Shown: positions 21,056 through 30,487 of the stretch, piece after piece
Layout of the letters: each line of letters opens with the position of its first letter
How positions within the stretch are numbered: the first letter of the stretch is position 1
Assembly (NCBI GenBank): GCA_902763905.1
Contig: CACWUA010000014.1
Coordinates: 1-56,309, forward strand
Length of the DNA: 56,309 bases
From: an uncultured Pseudomonadota bacterium
Lineage (GTDB): Bacteria; Pseudomonadota; Alphaproteobacteria; RF32; CAG-239
Reading direction: 5' to 3'
Notes under the pieces: model-generated
What the model saw: the letters and a program-made list of their open reading frames with translations, nothing else
Database searches by the model: none
What the model was told of the DNA's origin: nothing
Made by a program: the position numbers and the translations under genes

Positions 21056-22444
21056 GTGATGTATTACAGTCTGTTTGAGATATTTTCTATCGGTATCGGT
21101 CCATCCAGCTCGCATACGGTGGGGCCGATGCGAGCGGCCAAGCGTTTTGTGGATAATTTGGCGGTGCAAGATAAATTAAAACGTGCGGTTCGTGTGCAAA
21201 CGCGTTTGTACGGTTCGTTGGCTTTAACCGGCATCGGACACGGTACATTGAATGCCGTTACTTATGGTTTGATGGGCTTAAATGCCGAAGATATTAATCC
21301 GCAAATCGAATATATTGCGGCAATTAAAGCGGAGCAAAAGTTAAATCTCGGCGGACAGAAGGTAATAGATTATAATTTTGATAAAGATATAATTTTAGAA
21401 AAGAAAATTTGTTTGACCGAGCATTCAAACGGTATGACTTTTACGGCATTTGACAATAATGATGGTGTATTATTGGAAGAGACCTATTTTTCAGTTGGCG
21501 GCGGAACAATTGTCAGACGTGATGAAGTAACCCAGAGAATCGATCGTAAACCGTATGATGTTCCTTATAGTTTTGATAATTGTGCCGAATTGATGCAAAT
21601 TTGCAAACAGAATAAACTGACAATCGCCGAATTGGTTTTGCAAAACGAAAAGAAAATTTGGGGAAAACAATTTTCCGTATCTAAGCAAATATTGAAATTA
21701 GCTCAAATCATGCAAGAAAATATTGATATAGGTATGCAAAAAGACGGGTATCTGCCTGGAGGTTTAAAAGTCAAACGCCATGCCAAAGAAATGTATGAGC
21801 GATTGCAGCGTAATTTTAACAGCAATAATACTGATTCACTCACGGCAATTGATTGGATAAATATTTGGGCGTTTGCAGTGGCAGAAGAAAATGCCAGTGG
21901 TGGCCGGATGGTTACAGCACCTACTATGGGTTCAGCCGGTTTGATTCCGGCAGTGATGCGATATATGGAACGTTATGGCAAATTCCGTAATGAAACCGAA
22001 AAGAAAAATGCGTCCATAACGTTTTTGGCTACTGCATCGGCAATTTGCAGCCTATATCGCAGTAACGCCTCTATTTCAGGGGCTGAAGTCGGGTGTCAGG
22101 GAGAAGTAGGAGTGGCTTGTTCTATGGCTGCCGGCGGCTTAGCTGCAGCATTCGGAGGAAATAATGCCCAAATAGAAAATGCGGCAGAAATAGCCATGGA
22201 GCATAATTTAGGGTTGACTTGTGATCCTATTGACGGATTGGTGCAAGTACCGTGTATTGAGCGTAATGCAATGGGTGCAATCAAAGCGGTTAATGCGGCG
22301 CGGTTGGCGTTGCAGCGTACCGGTACGCACATAGTAAGTCTCGACAGTATTATAAAGACAATGTATGAAACAGGATTAAGTTTGAATCAGGATTATAAAG
22401 AGACTTCTTTGGCCGGTATAGCCAAAAATGCCATGAACTGTTAA
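21056..22444 (+). CDS. sdaA: L-serine ammonia-lyase (Fe-S, single chain)
   Basis: IGIGPSSSHTVGPM, SGAEVGCQGEVG, EHNLGLTCDP, QVPCIERN. Confidence 0.97.
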   Translation: MMYYSLFEIFSIGIGPSSSHTVGPMRAAKRFVDNLAVQDKLKRAVRVQTRLYGSLALTGIGHGTLNAVTYGLMGLNAEDINPQIEYIAAIKAEQKLNLGGQKVIDYNFDKDIILEKKICLTEHSNGMTFTAFDNNDGVLLEETYFSVGGGTIVRRDEVTQRIDRKPYDVPYSFDNCAELMQICKQNKLTIAELVLQNEKKIWGKQFSVSKQILKLAQIMQENIDIGMQKDGYLPGGLKVKRHAKEMYERLQRNFNSNNTDSLTAIDWINIWAFAVAEENASGGRMVTAPTMGSAGLIPAVMRYMERYGKFRNETEKKNASITFLATASAICSLYRSNASISGAEVGCQGEVGVACSMAAGGLAAAFGGNNAQIENAAEIAMEHNLGLTCDPIDGLVQVPCIERNAMGAIKAVNAARLALQRTGTHIVSLDSIIKTMYETGLSLNQDYKETSLAGIAKNAMNC

Positions 22445-22455
22445 AGGAATAATTG

Positions 22456-22965
22456 ATGAAAAAACTATGTCTGTCGGTATTGTTTTGCATTTTATCCGCA
22501 GGCTTTTCATCTGTTGCAATTGCCGCAGATGATGTTGGAATCACAAGTGTTTTGGTAAGAAAAAGCGCACGTAAAATGTATTTAATGAACGGAGATGATA
22601 TTGTGCGTGAATATACCATACGTTTAGGAGGCAATCCGGTAGGAACTAAAATCAAAGAAGGTGACAATCGTACACCGGAAGGAGATTATGTTATTGTTTC
22701 ACATAATCCGCAAAGCGCATATCATCTTTCTCTTAAAATTTCTTATCCTACCTCGGAACAAATTAAAAAGGCGGCAAAAAACCACTACTCTGCCGGCGGT
22801 GATATTATGATCCATGGTTATCCCAATAAATCTCCGACAAAAATATTTAAATGGATTCATAAATTTATAGATTGGACAGCAGGATGCATTGCCGTAACCA
22901 ATGATGAAATCGAAGAAATTTATGTGCTTGTACCGGATAATACACCTATTAAAATAGAACCTTAA
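22456..22965 (+). CDS. L,D-transpeptidase (YkuD family)
   Basis: Signal peptide, EGDNRTPEG, GGDIMIHG...WTAGCIA catalytic motif. Confidence 0.92.
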   Translation: MKKLCLSVLFCILSAGFSSVAIAADDVGITSVLVRKSARKMYLMNGDDIVREYTIRLGGNPVGTKIKEGDNRTPEGDYVIVSHNPQSAYHLSLKISYPTSEQIKKAAKNHYSAGGDIMIHGYPNKSPTKIFKWIHKFIDWTAGCIAVTNDEIEEIYVLVPDNTPIKIEP

Positions 22966-22982
22966 TTTTTCTAAAAAATATA

Positions 22983-23010
22983 TTGACAAATTTTTTAAAA
23001 CAGCTATAAT
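22983..23010 (+). promoter_or_regulatory. Consensus sigma70 promoter
   Basis: TTGACA-N16-TATAAT, about 190 nt upstream of the 23202 ORF. Confidence 0.75.
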
Positions 23011-23201
23011 GGCACTACTAAGCATATAAATTACGCATAATTATCTATCGTGTTGTGTCTAAATGTGTTGCTTGATAAAAGTTGGGACACTGATATCTAA
23101 ATATAGAATTTGTTCGGTTTTACCCTTATGACTGATAAGGCACGGTTTTTAACGCACTGAATTTTGATATGGCACGATAACAAACAGAAAGGAAGAATAA
23201 A

Positions 23202-24581
23202 GTGAGATATATTACCGGTGAAAAATTGAATGGGGATATGCATGAATATCGCCGTTTTAAGAATAAAAAATTTTCTCAATCCCAATATTATAAAAGCGAA
23301 GAAGTCGCAGAACGTGCAGAAGCTTTATTGAAAGGGTATGAAACCGGCGCTTTGGATGTGCGGGCAAAAGATCAAAAAATCATGGCTCAGTATATTGATA
23401 CGTTTGCCAATGAAAAACGTGAGATTTTGTTAGGTAAACTGCAAAAAAATGCGATTTTTGATGTTGAAAAATACTTAAAAGACAGTAAACGTACATACTG
23501 GCAGAAACTGTTTAATATCGATCCGGATAAACCGATAGAGCTTTCGGGCAGAGCTATGGAAAATAGGGTTAAACAATATAATATGGTTTGCCAGCAATTG
23601 TCTCATGGTTGGTTCCATAAAGAAAAAGTCTATAAAAAACAATATTTACTTGAACATGAAGCAGACAGCTATGCCAATGCCTTTATTGCCAATCGAGTGA
23701 ATGTTGCTTGTGATGATGTGCCGGCGCTTAGAAAATATTTTATGACTTTTATAAATCAGAACAATCAAAACAATATTTCTAAAGCAATTTCAAAACTGGA
23801 TAATTCTCCGGCAGATGCTTTTGCCGAAAAGCGCACTTCCCTTTGGCAAAAGATGTGGACTGCAGTTAAATCTAAATGGAACGGTATGAAAAAAAATGCA
23901 CAAGAACAGGCTCCTCGTGCCAAAATTGTGATGATGGAAAATAAGAAATACATTAAGACTGCGGCTTTTACCGGATTACTCACTCTTGCCGGTATCGGAT
24001 TTCTAAAATCTGATACTATGGCAAAAACTCCAAATATGAGTAAGATTAAGTCTAATACAGAAATTAAAACGAATAAAAACTTTGTATTTAATAAATCAGA
24101 ATCTAAAATCAATACCGATGCGTTTGCTGTAAAAACTCCGGAATTAACGCATGAACAGAAGATTTGGAAGAATTTTTATGATACCAAAAATGAAATTCAC
24201 GGTGCGGCATTGAATATTGATGTTGACGGACTTTATAAACAAATTGAAAGTCAGAAAAAAGCCGGTGTTTTTACTGTGTCGGAAAATATCAGCAACGAAC
24301 GCATTGCATACACTCACCTGATGTACATGCAGTACGGTTTACAATCTCCGATAGATGTTGCACTTAACAGTAAGCAAAAAATTTCCGAATCGCAACAAAA
24401 AGCTATTGAAGAGGCTATCAATATTGCCGGAGAAGATGGTGTCGGTATCAGAACATTATCTGTGGCTATAACTAAACGAATGGGGCGTAAAATTGGCAAA
24501 AACAGTGCTTATGACCGCGCTTCATATGATTTACAACAAAAGTTTATTGCTAGTCGCAATGCTGTAAATAATTTACGCTGA
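23202..24581 (+). CDS. Hypothetical basic protein with one internal hydrophobic segment
   Basis: 459-aa ORF, GTG start after GAAAGGA, own promoter and terminator; no family recognised. Confidence 0.75.
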   Translation: MRYITGEKLNGDMHEYRRFKNKKFSQSQYYKSEEVAERAEALLKGYETGALDVRAKDQKIMAQYIDTFANEKREILLGKLQKNAIFDVEKYLKDSKRTYWQKLFNIDPDKPIELSGRAMENRVKQYNMVCQQLSHGWFHKEKVYKKQYLLEHEADSYANAFIANRVNVACDDVPALRKYFMTFINQNNQNNISKAISKLDNSPADAFAEKRTSLWQKMWTAVKSKWNGMKKNAQEQAPRAKIVMMENKKYIKTAAFTGLLTLAGIGFLKSDTMAKTPNMSKIKSNTEIKTNKNFVFNKSESKINTDAFAVKTPELTHEQKIWKNFYDTKNEIHGAALNIDVDGLYKQIESQKKAGVFTVSENISNERIAYTHLMYMQYGLQSPIDVALNSKQKISESQQKAIEEAINIAGEDGVGIRTLSVAITKRMGRKIGKNSAYDRASYDLQQKFIASRNAVNNLR

Positions 24582-24612
24582 TATCCGTCTTTATACAGAT
24601 ATTGCAATATTG

Positions 24613-24637
24613 GAGAGCCGGTTAAATACCGGCTCTC
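24613..24637 (+). terminator. Hairpin terminator after the 23202 ORF
   Basis: GAGAGCCGGT-TAAAT-ACCGGCTCTC perfect 10-bp stem; U-tail is weak. Confidence 0.6.
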
Positions 24638-24737
24638 TAAAAGTATTGAATATTTATATAAATTTAATACTTTACAAGTTATACAGGTATATGTAATATT
24701 GAGGTAATGAGGTGTAATGTTTATAAGGAATTAGCTG

Positions 24738-25338
24738 ATGAGGAATTTTGCTCAATCCGGTCGTTCAATGATTGAAATGCTTGGTGTTCTGGCTATTATC
24801 GGGGTTTTATCAGTAGGAGGTATCGCCGGTTATTCAAAGGCTATGCAAAAATATAGAACAAACCGAGCAGTTGATTTGATTACACAAACCGTAACACGGA
24901 TGCATGTAGCTTTTATCGGGCAAAAGAATTACAATAGTTTGGGTGCAACATTAGATGAAACAAATGAGGTTTTGATCAGTGCTAACGTTGTTCCTGCAGA
25001 TTATTTAATTCACAACAAAGAAGGTGAAATTATTAAGCCATATCGTTTTCGCAATCCTTTTAAGGGAAGACTCGAAATGCGTGTGGGGGATAAAATAAGA
25101 GAAGCCGATAGGAATGCTTTTATTATCCGTTATGAGAACCAACGGATTGGGATTTATTGCCTTGGCGATTAATGAACCGTTACCGGCAGATATACATTTG
25201 GAAAATTGTATTTCTTCAAAACCGATACAAATGGGACATGCTATTCACTGTGCAAAAGATAAAACCATGCTGATTGAGGTTGCGGCACGTGCGTGCTCCG
25301 ATGTTAAAGATAATTCTATCGAACTTATGTTTTATTAG
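24738..25338 (+). pseudogene. Type IV pilin-like protein, split near 25135
   Basis: Class III signal QSG|RSMIEMLGVLAIIGVLSVGG; frame changes after AFIIRYEN to TNGLGFIALAIN...C...C...C..NSIELMFY. Confidence 0.75.
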
Positions 25339-25449
25339 ACCTTAAAAAATAAGGTGTTTAATTTATTAACCTCAAGGATTAAATTTGTTGCTTTTTTGAT
25401 TAATAATGTTAGAGTGTTGCTACAAGATAATTAATCAATTGGAGAGGCA

Positions 25450-26404
25450 ATGCCGCAAATACAGCAAAAAGTACCTTTTGTCTCGGTTATTATACCGATA
25501 TATAATGTCGAAAAATTTTTACGGCAGAGTCTTGACTGTGTCATCTCTCAAACATTGAATGATATTGAAATTATATGCATTAACGACGGTTCAACAGACG
25601 CTTCTGCGCAGATTGTTGCCGAATATGCAGCCAAAGATTCACGAATTAGGTTTTTTTCTCAAAAAAATGCAGGATACGGAGCTGCGGTAAATCACGGTTT
25701 GGATATGGCTATCGGTAAGTATGTTGCCATTTATAGCTGACAATGCCGATTTAGTCAAGGCGGATTACTTCAAATATTGGAGCAACGGAAATGATAAATA
25801 TGAAACAATAGCTAAAAAAGAGGCTTATAATAAAGTATTTACACCTTCTCCGGAAGTATATCTGAGTAATATATGGGGATCGATTTGGTCGGCTATTTAT
25901 CTTAATCAAATGATAAAGGATAATCATATCCGTTTATCAGAAACATCCGGTGCTTCTTTTCAAGATACCGGTTTTATTTTTAAAACAAATATATGTGCCA
26001 AACGTGTAATTTTGTTGGATAAAGCTTTTTTACATTATCGGCAGGATAATAAATCAAGTTCAATCAACAGTAAAAATAAAATATTTTGCGTATGTGATGA
26101 ATATGATGATATTGATGAATTTATCCGTAAATATAATTTGCGGCAATGGCAAAATTTAGCCAATCGCAAACGCTGTGAAGCTTATTTTTGGAATTTGGAG
26201 CGGTTATCTCCGGAAAATCGGCAAATTTTTATCGATCGGGTTAAGCCGTTTCTGTTGCAGGTAAAAGAGATGACTGCAAATGGAGAATTTTCTCTTTCGG
26301 CGAAAAAATATAAAAAATTGGAATTATTGAGAAAGTCAGAGAAAAAGTTTTTGAGATATTATAAAATCAGGGATTTTTTACACAAATTAAGGAGCATAAT
26401 ATGA
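25450..26404 (+). pseudogene. Family 2 glycosyltransferase, split near 25730
   Basis: VSVIIPIYNVEK...INDGSTD...GKYVAI, then a frame change to IADNADLVKAD...SFQD...YRQDN; the DxD-bearing segment is missing. Confidence 0.8.
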
Positions 26405-27501
26405 AAAACTTAGTTGTCGGCGCCGGCTTTTCCGGTGCAACCATTGCCCGCAAAATTGCGGAAGAATTAAACCAAAAGGTAACGGTAATCGATACCAAAA
26501 GCCATATTGCCGGAAATGCTTACGATTATCGGGACCACAACGGTATCATGATTCATAAATACGGCTCGCACATTTTTCATACCAACCTAGATAATGTCTG
26601 GGCGTTTATCAGCCGTTTTGCCAGTTTTAATACCTATATGCACCGAGTGGTGGCAGTAATTGACGGCATTGAAACTACCATTCCGTTTAATTTGCGTACG
26701 CTGTATAATGTATTTCCGGAAAGTATGGCTCAGCGTATGGAAGAAAAGCTCTTGCAGCACTTTGAATATAATAAAAAAGTACCGATTTTGGAATTTCAAA
26801 AACAAGATGATGCCGATTTGAAATTTTTGGCACAATACGTTTATGAAAAAATATTTTTGCATTACACCACAAAACAATGGGGCGTATCGCCTAATGAAGT
26901 TGATGGCGCCGTAACCGCCAGAGTTCCGGTTTATATTTCTTGCGATGATCGCTATTTTCAAGACAAATATCAGGGAATTCCGTTTGCCGGCTATGGTAAA
27001 ACCGTGGAAAATATGCTGGATCATCCGAATATTGAGGTACGCTTAAATACTAAGTTCAGCGATTATAAAGAAGATTATGACCGCTTGTTTTATACCGGTC
27101 CGATTGATGAATTTTTTGATTATAAATTCGGCGAATTGCCGTATCGCAGCGTTAATTTTAAGCTTGAGGAATTGGATATGCCGTATTATCAATGCAATTC
27201 GGTGGTTAACTATCCGTGCAACTACGATTTTACGCGTATTCACGAATATAAGCATTATTTGAACGACTTGTGCGAAAAAACGGTTATTGCTAAGGAATAT
27301 TCAGAGTTTTTCGAACGAGGTAAAAACGAGCGCTATTACCCGATTCCGAATGAAGCTAACGCGGCGCTCTATCAGCAATATTTGTCAGAGGCAAAAGCTC
27401 TTAAAAATGTATATTTCTTGGGGCGTCTCGGTGATTATAAATATTATGATATGGATAAAGCGATTGCTCGCGCATTGGAACTTTTTGAGGAGATAAAATA
27501 A
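26401..27501 (+). CDS. glf: UDP-galactopyranose mutase
   Basis: VGAGFSG, HKYGSHIFHT, YFQDKYQGIP, LPYRS, RYYP, GRLGDYKYYDMD. Confidence 0.97.
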   Translation: MKNLVVGAGFSGATIARKIAEELNQKVTVIDTKSHIAGNAYDYRDHNGIMIHKYGSHIFHTNLDNVWAFISRFASFNTYMHRVVAVIDGIETTIPFNLRTLYNVFPESMAQRMEEKLLQHFEYNKKVPILEFQKQDDADLKFLAQYVYEKIFLHYTTKQWGVSPNEVDGAVTARVPVYISCDDRYFQDKYQGIPFAGYGKTVENMLDHPNIEVRLNTKFSDYKEDYDRLFYTGPIDEFFDYKFGELPYRSVNFKLEELDMPYYQCNSVVNYPCNYDFTRIHEYKHYLNDLCEKTVIAKEYSEFFERGKNERYYPIPNEANAALYQQYLSEAKALKNVYFLGRLGDYKYYDMDKAIARALELFEEIK

Positions 27502-28784
27502 TGAAAAGAAATACAGTCAAAGTGCAACCAAAAGTGTCAGTTATTGTACCGATTTATGGCGTTGAAAAATACCTACATCAGTGTGTAGATAGTATTTTGG
27601 CACAAACATTGAAAGACATTGAAATTATTTTAGTTGATGATGGTTCAAAAGATAAATGTCCGCAAATTATCGATGAATATGCAAACAAAGATAAACGTAT
27701 TGTAGCAGTTCATCAGCCAAATGGCGGGTATGGTCGCGCCGTTAATCATGGTATTGAGCTTGCAACCGGTGAATATATGGGTATTGTGGAGCCGGATGAT
27801 TGGATTGAGCCTGATATGTATGAAACACTTTACAAACATGCAAAACAATATGATGTTGATGTGGTAAAAGGACCTTATAATGATTATTTTGATAATCCGA
27901 GAGTATATCGTAAATTATGTGATCATGCACATAACATATGTCCAGAACATAATCCGTTTAATATATATGAATACCCGATGCCTTTACAACACCATGCCAG
28001 CATTTGGACAGGTCTTTATCGCTTAAAATTTATTAAAGACAATGGAATACAGGTTTTAGAAAAAAATAAAGGACGATATGCTGATCAAAACTGGAGATAT
28101 GAAACTCTGATGTTGGCAAAAAATATTTATTGGGAAAATCAACCTTTCTATAACTACAGATTAACCAATGAAAATGCTAGCTCTTTCAAAAAGAATAATC
28201 CTGATGATGTTTTTGATATTTATGAGGAGTTGTATAAATTTTTAAAAAAACATCCTCAAGAATTTGAACAAATTAAAGAACATTTATATATAGAAATATA
28301 CAGACACATGTTTTGGAATCTATCTCGTGTTGATCAAAAATATTCGCAGTATTGTCTGAATAGAATTCACAATGTATTTAATGAAATGGATGTTGATATT
28401 GTTAAAAAATCAAAATTTTTCAGCGAAGATGAAAAAAAAATGTTTATTAAATTATCTGATAAAAATTATGCAATGAAAGTAGCTCTAAAAAAATTACAAG
28501 ATAATATATTCTCGATTAAGAAATCTTCTTCTCGTAGACATAAAATTCTAACAGTATTAGGTATTAAATTTAAATGGAAAAATGCTGACGACTACACAAA
28601 CAAATACTCTATGAAATTATTATTTTTCTTTCCTCTTTTTTCTCTTGTTCAAATAAATGGAAGGAGGATATATAAAATATTTGGCATTCCTGTGTTGAAA
28701 AAGCGTAAAATGGCAAATGGTATTACTACAAAATACTATCTGTTAGGTCTCCCTCTTCTAAAAGTGAGTAGAAAGGATTACTAA
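27501..28784 (+). CDS. Family 2 glycosyltransferase with repetitive C-terminal tail
   Basis: VSVIVPIYGVEKYL, VDDGSKD, VEPDDW; tail of Kx(I/L)(F/L)G(I/L)P-type repeats. Confidence 0.92.
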   Translation: MKRNTVKVQPKVSVIVPIYGVEKYLHQCVDSILAQTLKDIEIILVDDGSKDKCPQIIDEYANKDKRIVAVHQPNGGYGRAVNHGIELATGEYMGIVEPDDWIEPDMYETLYKHAKQYDVDVVKGPYNDYFDNPRVYRKLCDHAHNICPEHNPFNIYEYPMPLQHHASIWTGLYRLKFIKDNGIQVLEKNKGRYADQNWRYETLMLAKNIYWENQPFYNYRLTNENASSFKKNNPDDVFDIYEELYKFLKKHPQEFEQIKEHLYIEIYRHMFWNLSRVDQKYSQYCLNRIHNVFNEMDVDIVKKSKFFSEDEKKMFIKLSDKNYAMKVALKKLQDNIFSIKKSSSRRHKILTVLGIKFKWKNADDYTNKYSMKLLFFFPLFSLVQINGRRIYKIFGIPVLKKRKMANGITTKYYLLGLPLLKVSRKDY

Positions 28785-29806
28785 TGAATACAACAATGGC
28801 AAAACTAATATCTATATTTATTAAAGATGCACAAAAGAAAAAATTTATATACAATATTCTGACAAACAAAGAATATAAAAATATAAATAATAATACGCAA
28901 ATATTGGAAAAATTAGAATCTAAAATAGATAATTTACAAAAATTAGAAAAATTAGAATCTAAAATAGATAATTTACAAAAAAGCATTTCAAATTTAACTA
29001 GTGTTGTAAGGGCTAAAACAGATGCGTCTTCATTAAAAACTGCTGTAGGAGATTTACGATTGCAGCAGTTAGGTTCTTTGGCATTGCTTAAGAATATTAT
29101 AAAATTTTTTGAGGATAATAATCTAATTTATTGGCTTGAGGCAGGAAGTTTATTAGGAGCAGTTCGTCATAAAGGATTTATTCCTTGGGATGATGATATG
29201 GATATTGCTACAACACGAGAATGCTACGAAAAACTAAAACAGATTCTGCCTAAGTTATGTAAAAACGGTATAAGTTATAGTGAGGGTGATATAATTCGTA
29301 TTTTCTATAAAAATACATCCTTACAAGTAGATATTTTTCCTTTTGATTCTGGAAATTCTGAAGAATTGCCTGATGCTGTGTCATATAAAATTTTAACAAA
29401 TAAATTACAAAAAATATTTGATAATATACCTTTTGATTGGTCTAATTACCGAAAATCCACGATTCCCGAAGAATATAAATTAAAACTTCGCGATATTTAT
29501 AAAGATGAAATATTACAAAATAAACCAATTCCTGAAAAGGCTTATCTATTCTTTGCTCCCCATTGTTTTACATGGAAAAGAGTTTTGTGTAAATATGACG
29601 AAATTTTTCCTCTTAAAAAGATTCAGTTTGAACATATGGAGCTATGTATACCTAATAACGCTTATATGCATTTGCATAATTATTTTGGGGATTTTGAGGT
29701 ACTACCAGATAAAATGAGTTCTCATCATGTTAATATAGGAAAAAATTTTTCTGAGGAAAATATTTGTGATATTTTAGATTTTATTGAAAAAAGTAAATTA
29801 CTTTAA
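28784..29806 (+). CDS. LicD family phosphotransferase
   Basis: YWLEAGSLLGAVRHKGFIPWDDDMDI, VDIFPFD; N-terminal coiled coil. Confidence 0.93.
   Translation: MNTTMAKLISIFIKDAQKKKFIYNILTNKEYKNINNNTQILEKLESKIDNLQKLEKLESKIDNLQKSISNLTSVVRAKTDASSLKTAVGDLRLQQLGSLALLKNIIKFFEDNNLIYWLEAGSLLGAVRHKGFIPWDDDMDIATTRECYEKLKQILPKLCKNGISYSEGDIIRIFYKNTSLQVDIFPFDSGNSEELPDAVSYKILTNKLQKIFDNIPFDWSNYRKSTIPEEYKLKLRDIYKDEILQNKPIPEKAYLFFAPHCFTWKRVLCKYDEIFPLKKIQFEHMELCIPNNAYMHLHNYFGDFEVLPDKMSSHHVNIGKNFSEENICDILDFIEKSKLL
28904..28981 (+). repeat. 39-bp tandem duplication (LEKLESKIDNLQK x2) within licD
   Basis: Two adjacent copies differing at one synonymous position (TTG/TTA). Confidence 0.95.
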
Positions 29807-29816
29807 GGAGGATTCA

Positions 29817-30221
29817 ATGAAACGCATTATTACTTATGGTACATTTGATGTTTTGCACTACGGACATGTCAATTTGTTAAAAAGAGCAAAAGCATTAGGA
29901 GATTATCTTATCGTTGTACTTTCCAGTGACGAATTTAATCAAATTAAGCACAAAAAATCATTCTACACGTATGAACAACGTAAAATGATTTTGGAAGCTT
30001 GTCGCTATGTCGATTTAGTTATTCCTGAATATAACTGGGAGCAAAAGATTGATGATGTAAAAAAATATCAGGCAGATATTTTTGTAATGGGAGATGATTG
30101 GAAAGGAAAATTTGACTTTCTAAAAGATTATTGCAAAGTAGTTTATTTGCCGCGCACACCGGATGTTTGTTCTACTAAAACACGAGAATATCTGAAACAT
30201 CGAGAAGCAAATGGTTCATAA
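29817..30221 (+). CDS. tagD: Glycerol-3-phosphate cytidylyltransferase
   Basis: ITYGTFDVLHYGH, MGDDWKGKFD, YLPRTPDVCST; ATG 29817 after AAGGAGG. Confidence 0.93.
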   Translation: MKRIITYGTFDVLHYGHVNLLKRAKALGDYLIVVLSSDEFNQIKHKKSFYTYEQRKMILEACRYVDLVIPEYNWEQKIDDVKKYQADIFVMGDDWKGKFDFLKDYCKVVYLPRTPDVCSTKTREYLKHREANGS

Positions 30222-30262
30222 AAAAATCAAAGTAAAGGATAATATTATAACAAAGGTATATA

Positions 30263-30487
30263 ATGAATACGTCTGAAGATATCGAACAAGCAAAATATGT
30301 TGTTCTGACATTGATAAGAAAACTGTATGCATTATCGGAAAAATGTGATGATAATGACAGGTCTGATTATAATAAAAAAATCAAACAATTACAAAAAGAC
30401 TTGAAATTTGTTGATAAATCAGTTATTCTCGAGAAAATAAAAAATGTTTATGTACCATATTTGCAACAGTTGGAAAAAGAGGAATAG
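30263..30487 (+). CDS. Small helical protein, candidate antitoxin
   Basis: 74 aa, charged and helical; its stop codon abuts the zeta-like start and its 3' end carries the GAGG RBS. Function inferred from position only. Confidence 0.55.
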   Translation: MNTSEDIEQAKYVVLTLIRKLYALSEKCDDNDRSDYNKKIKQLQKDLKFVDKSVILEKIKNVYVPYLQQLEKEE

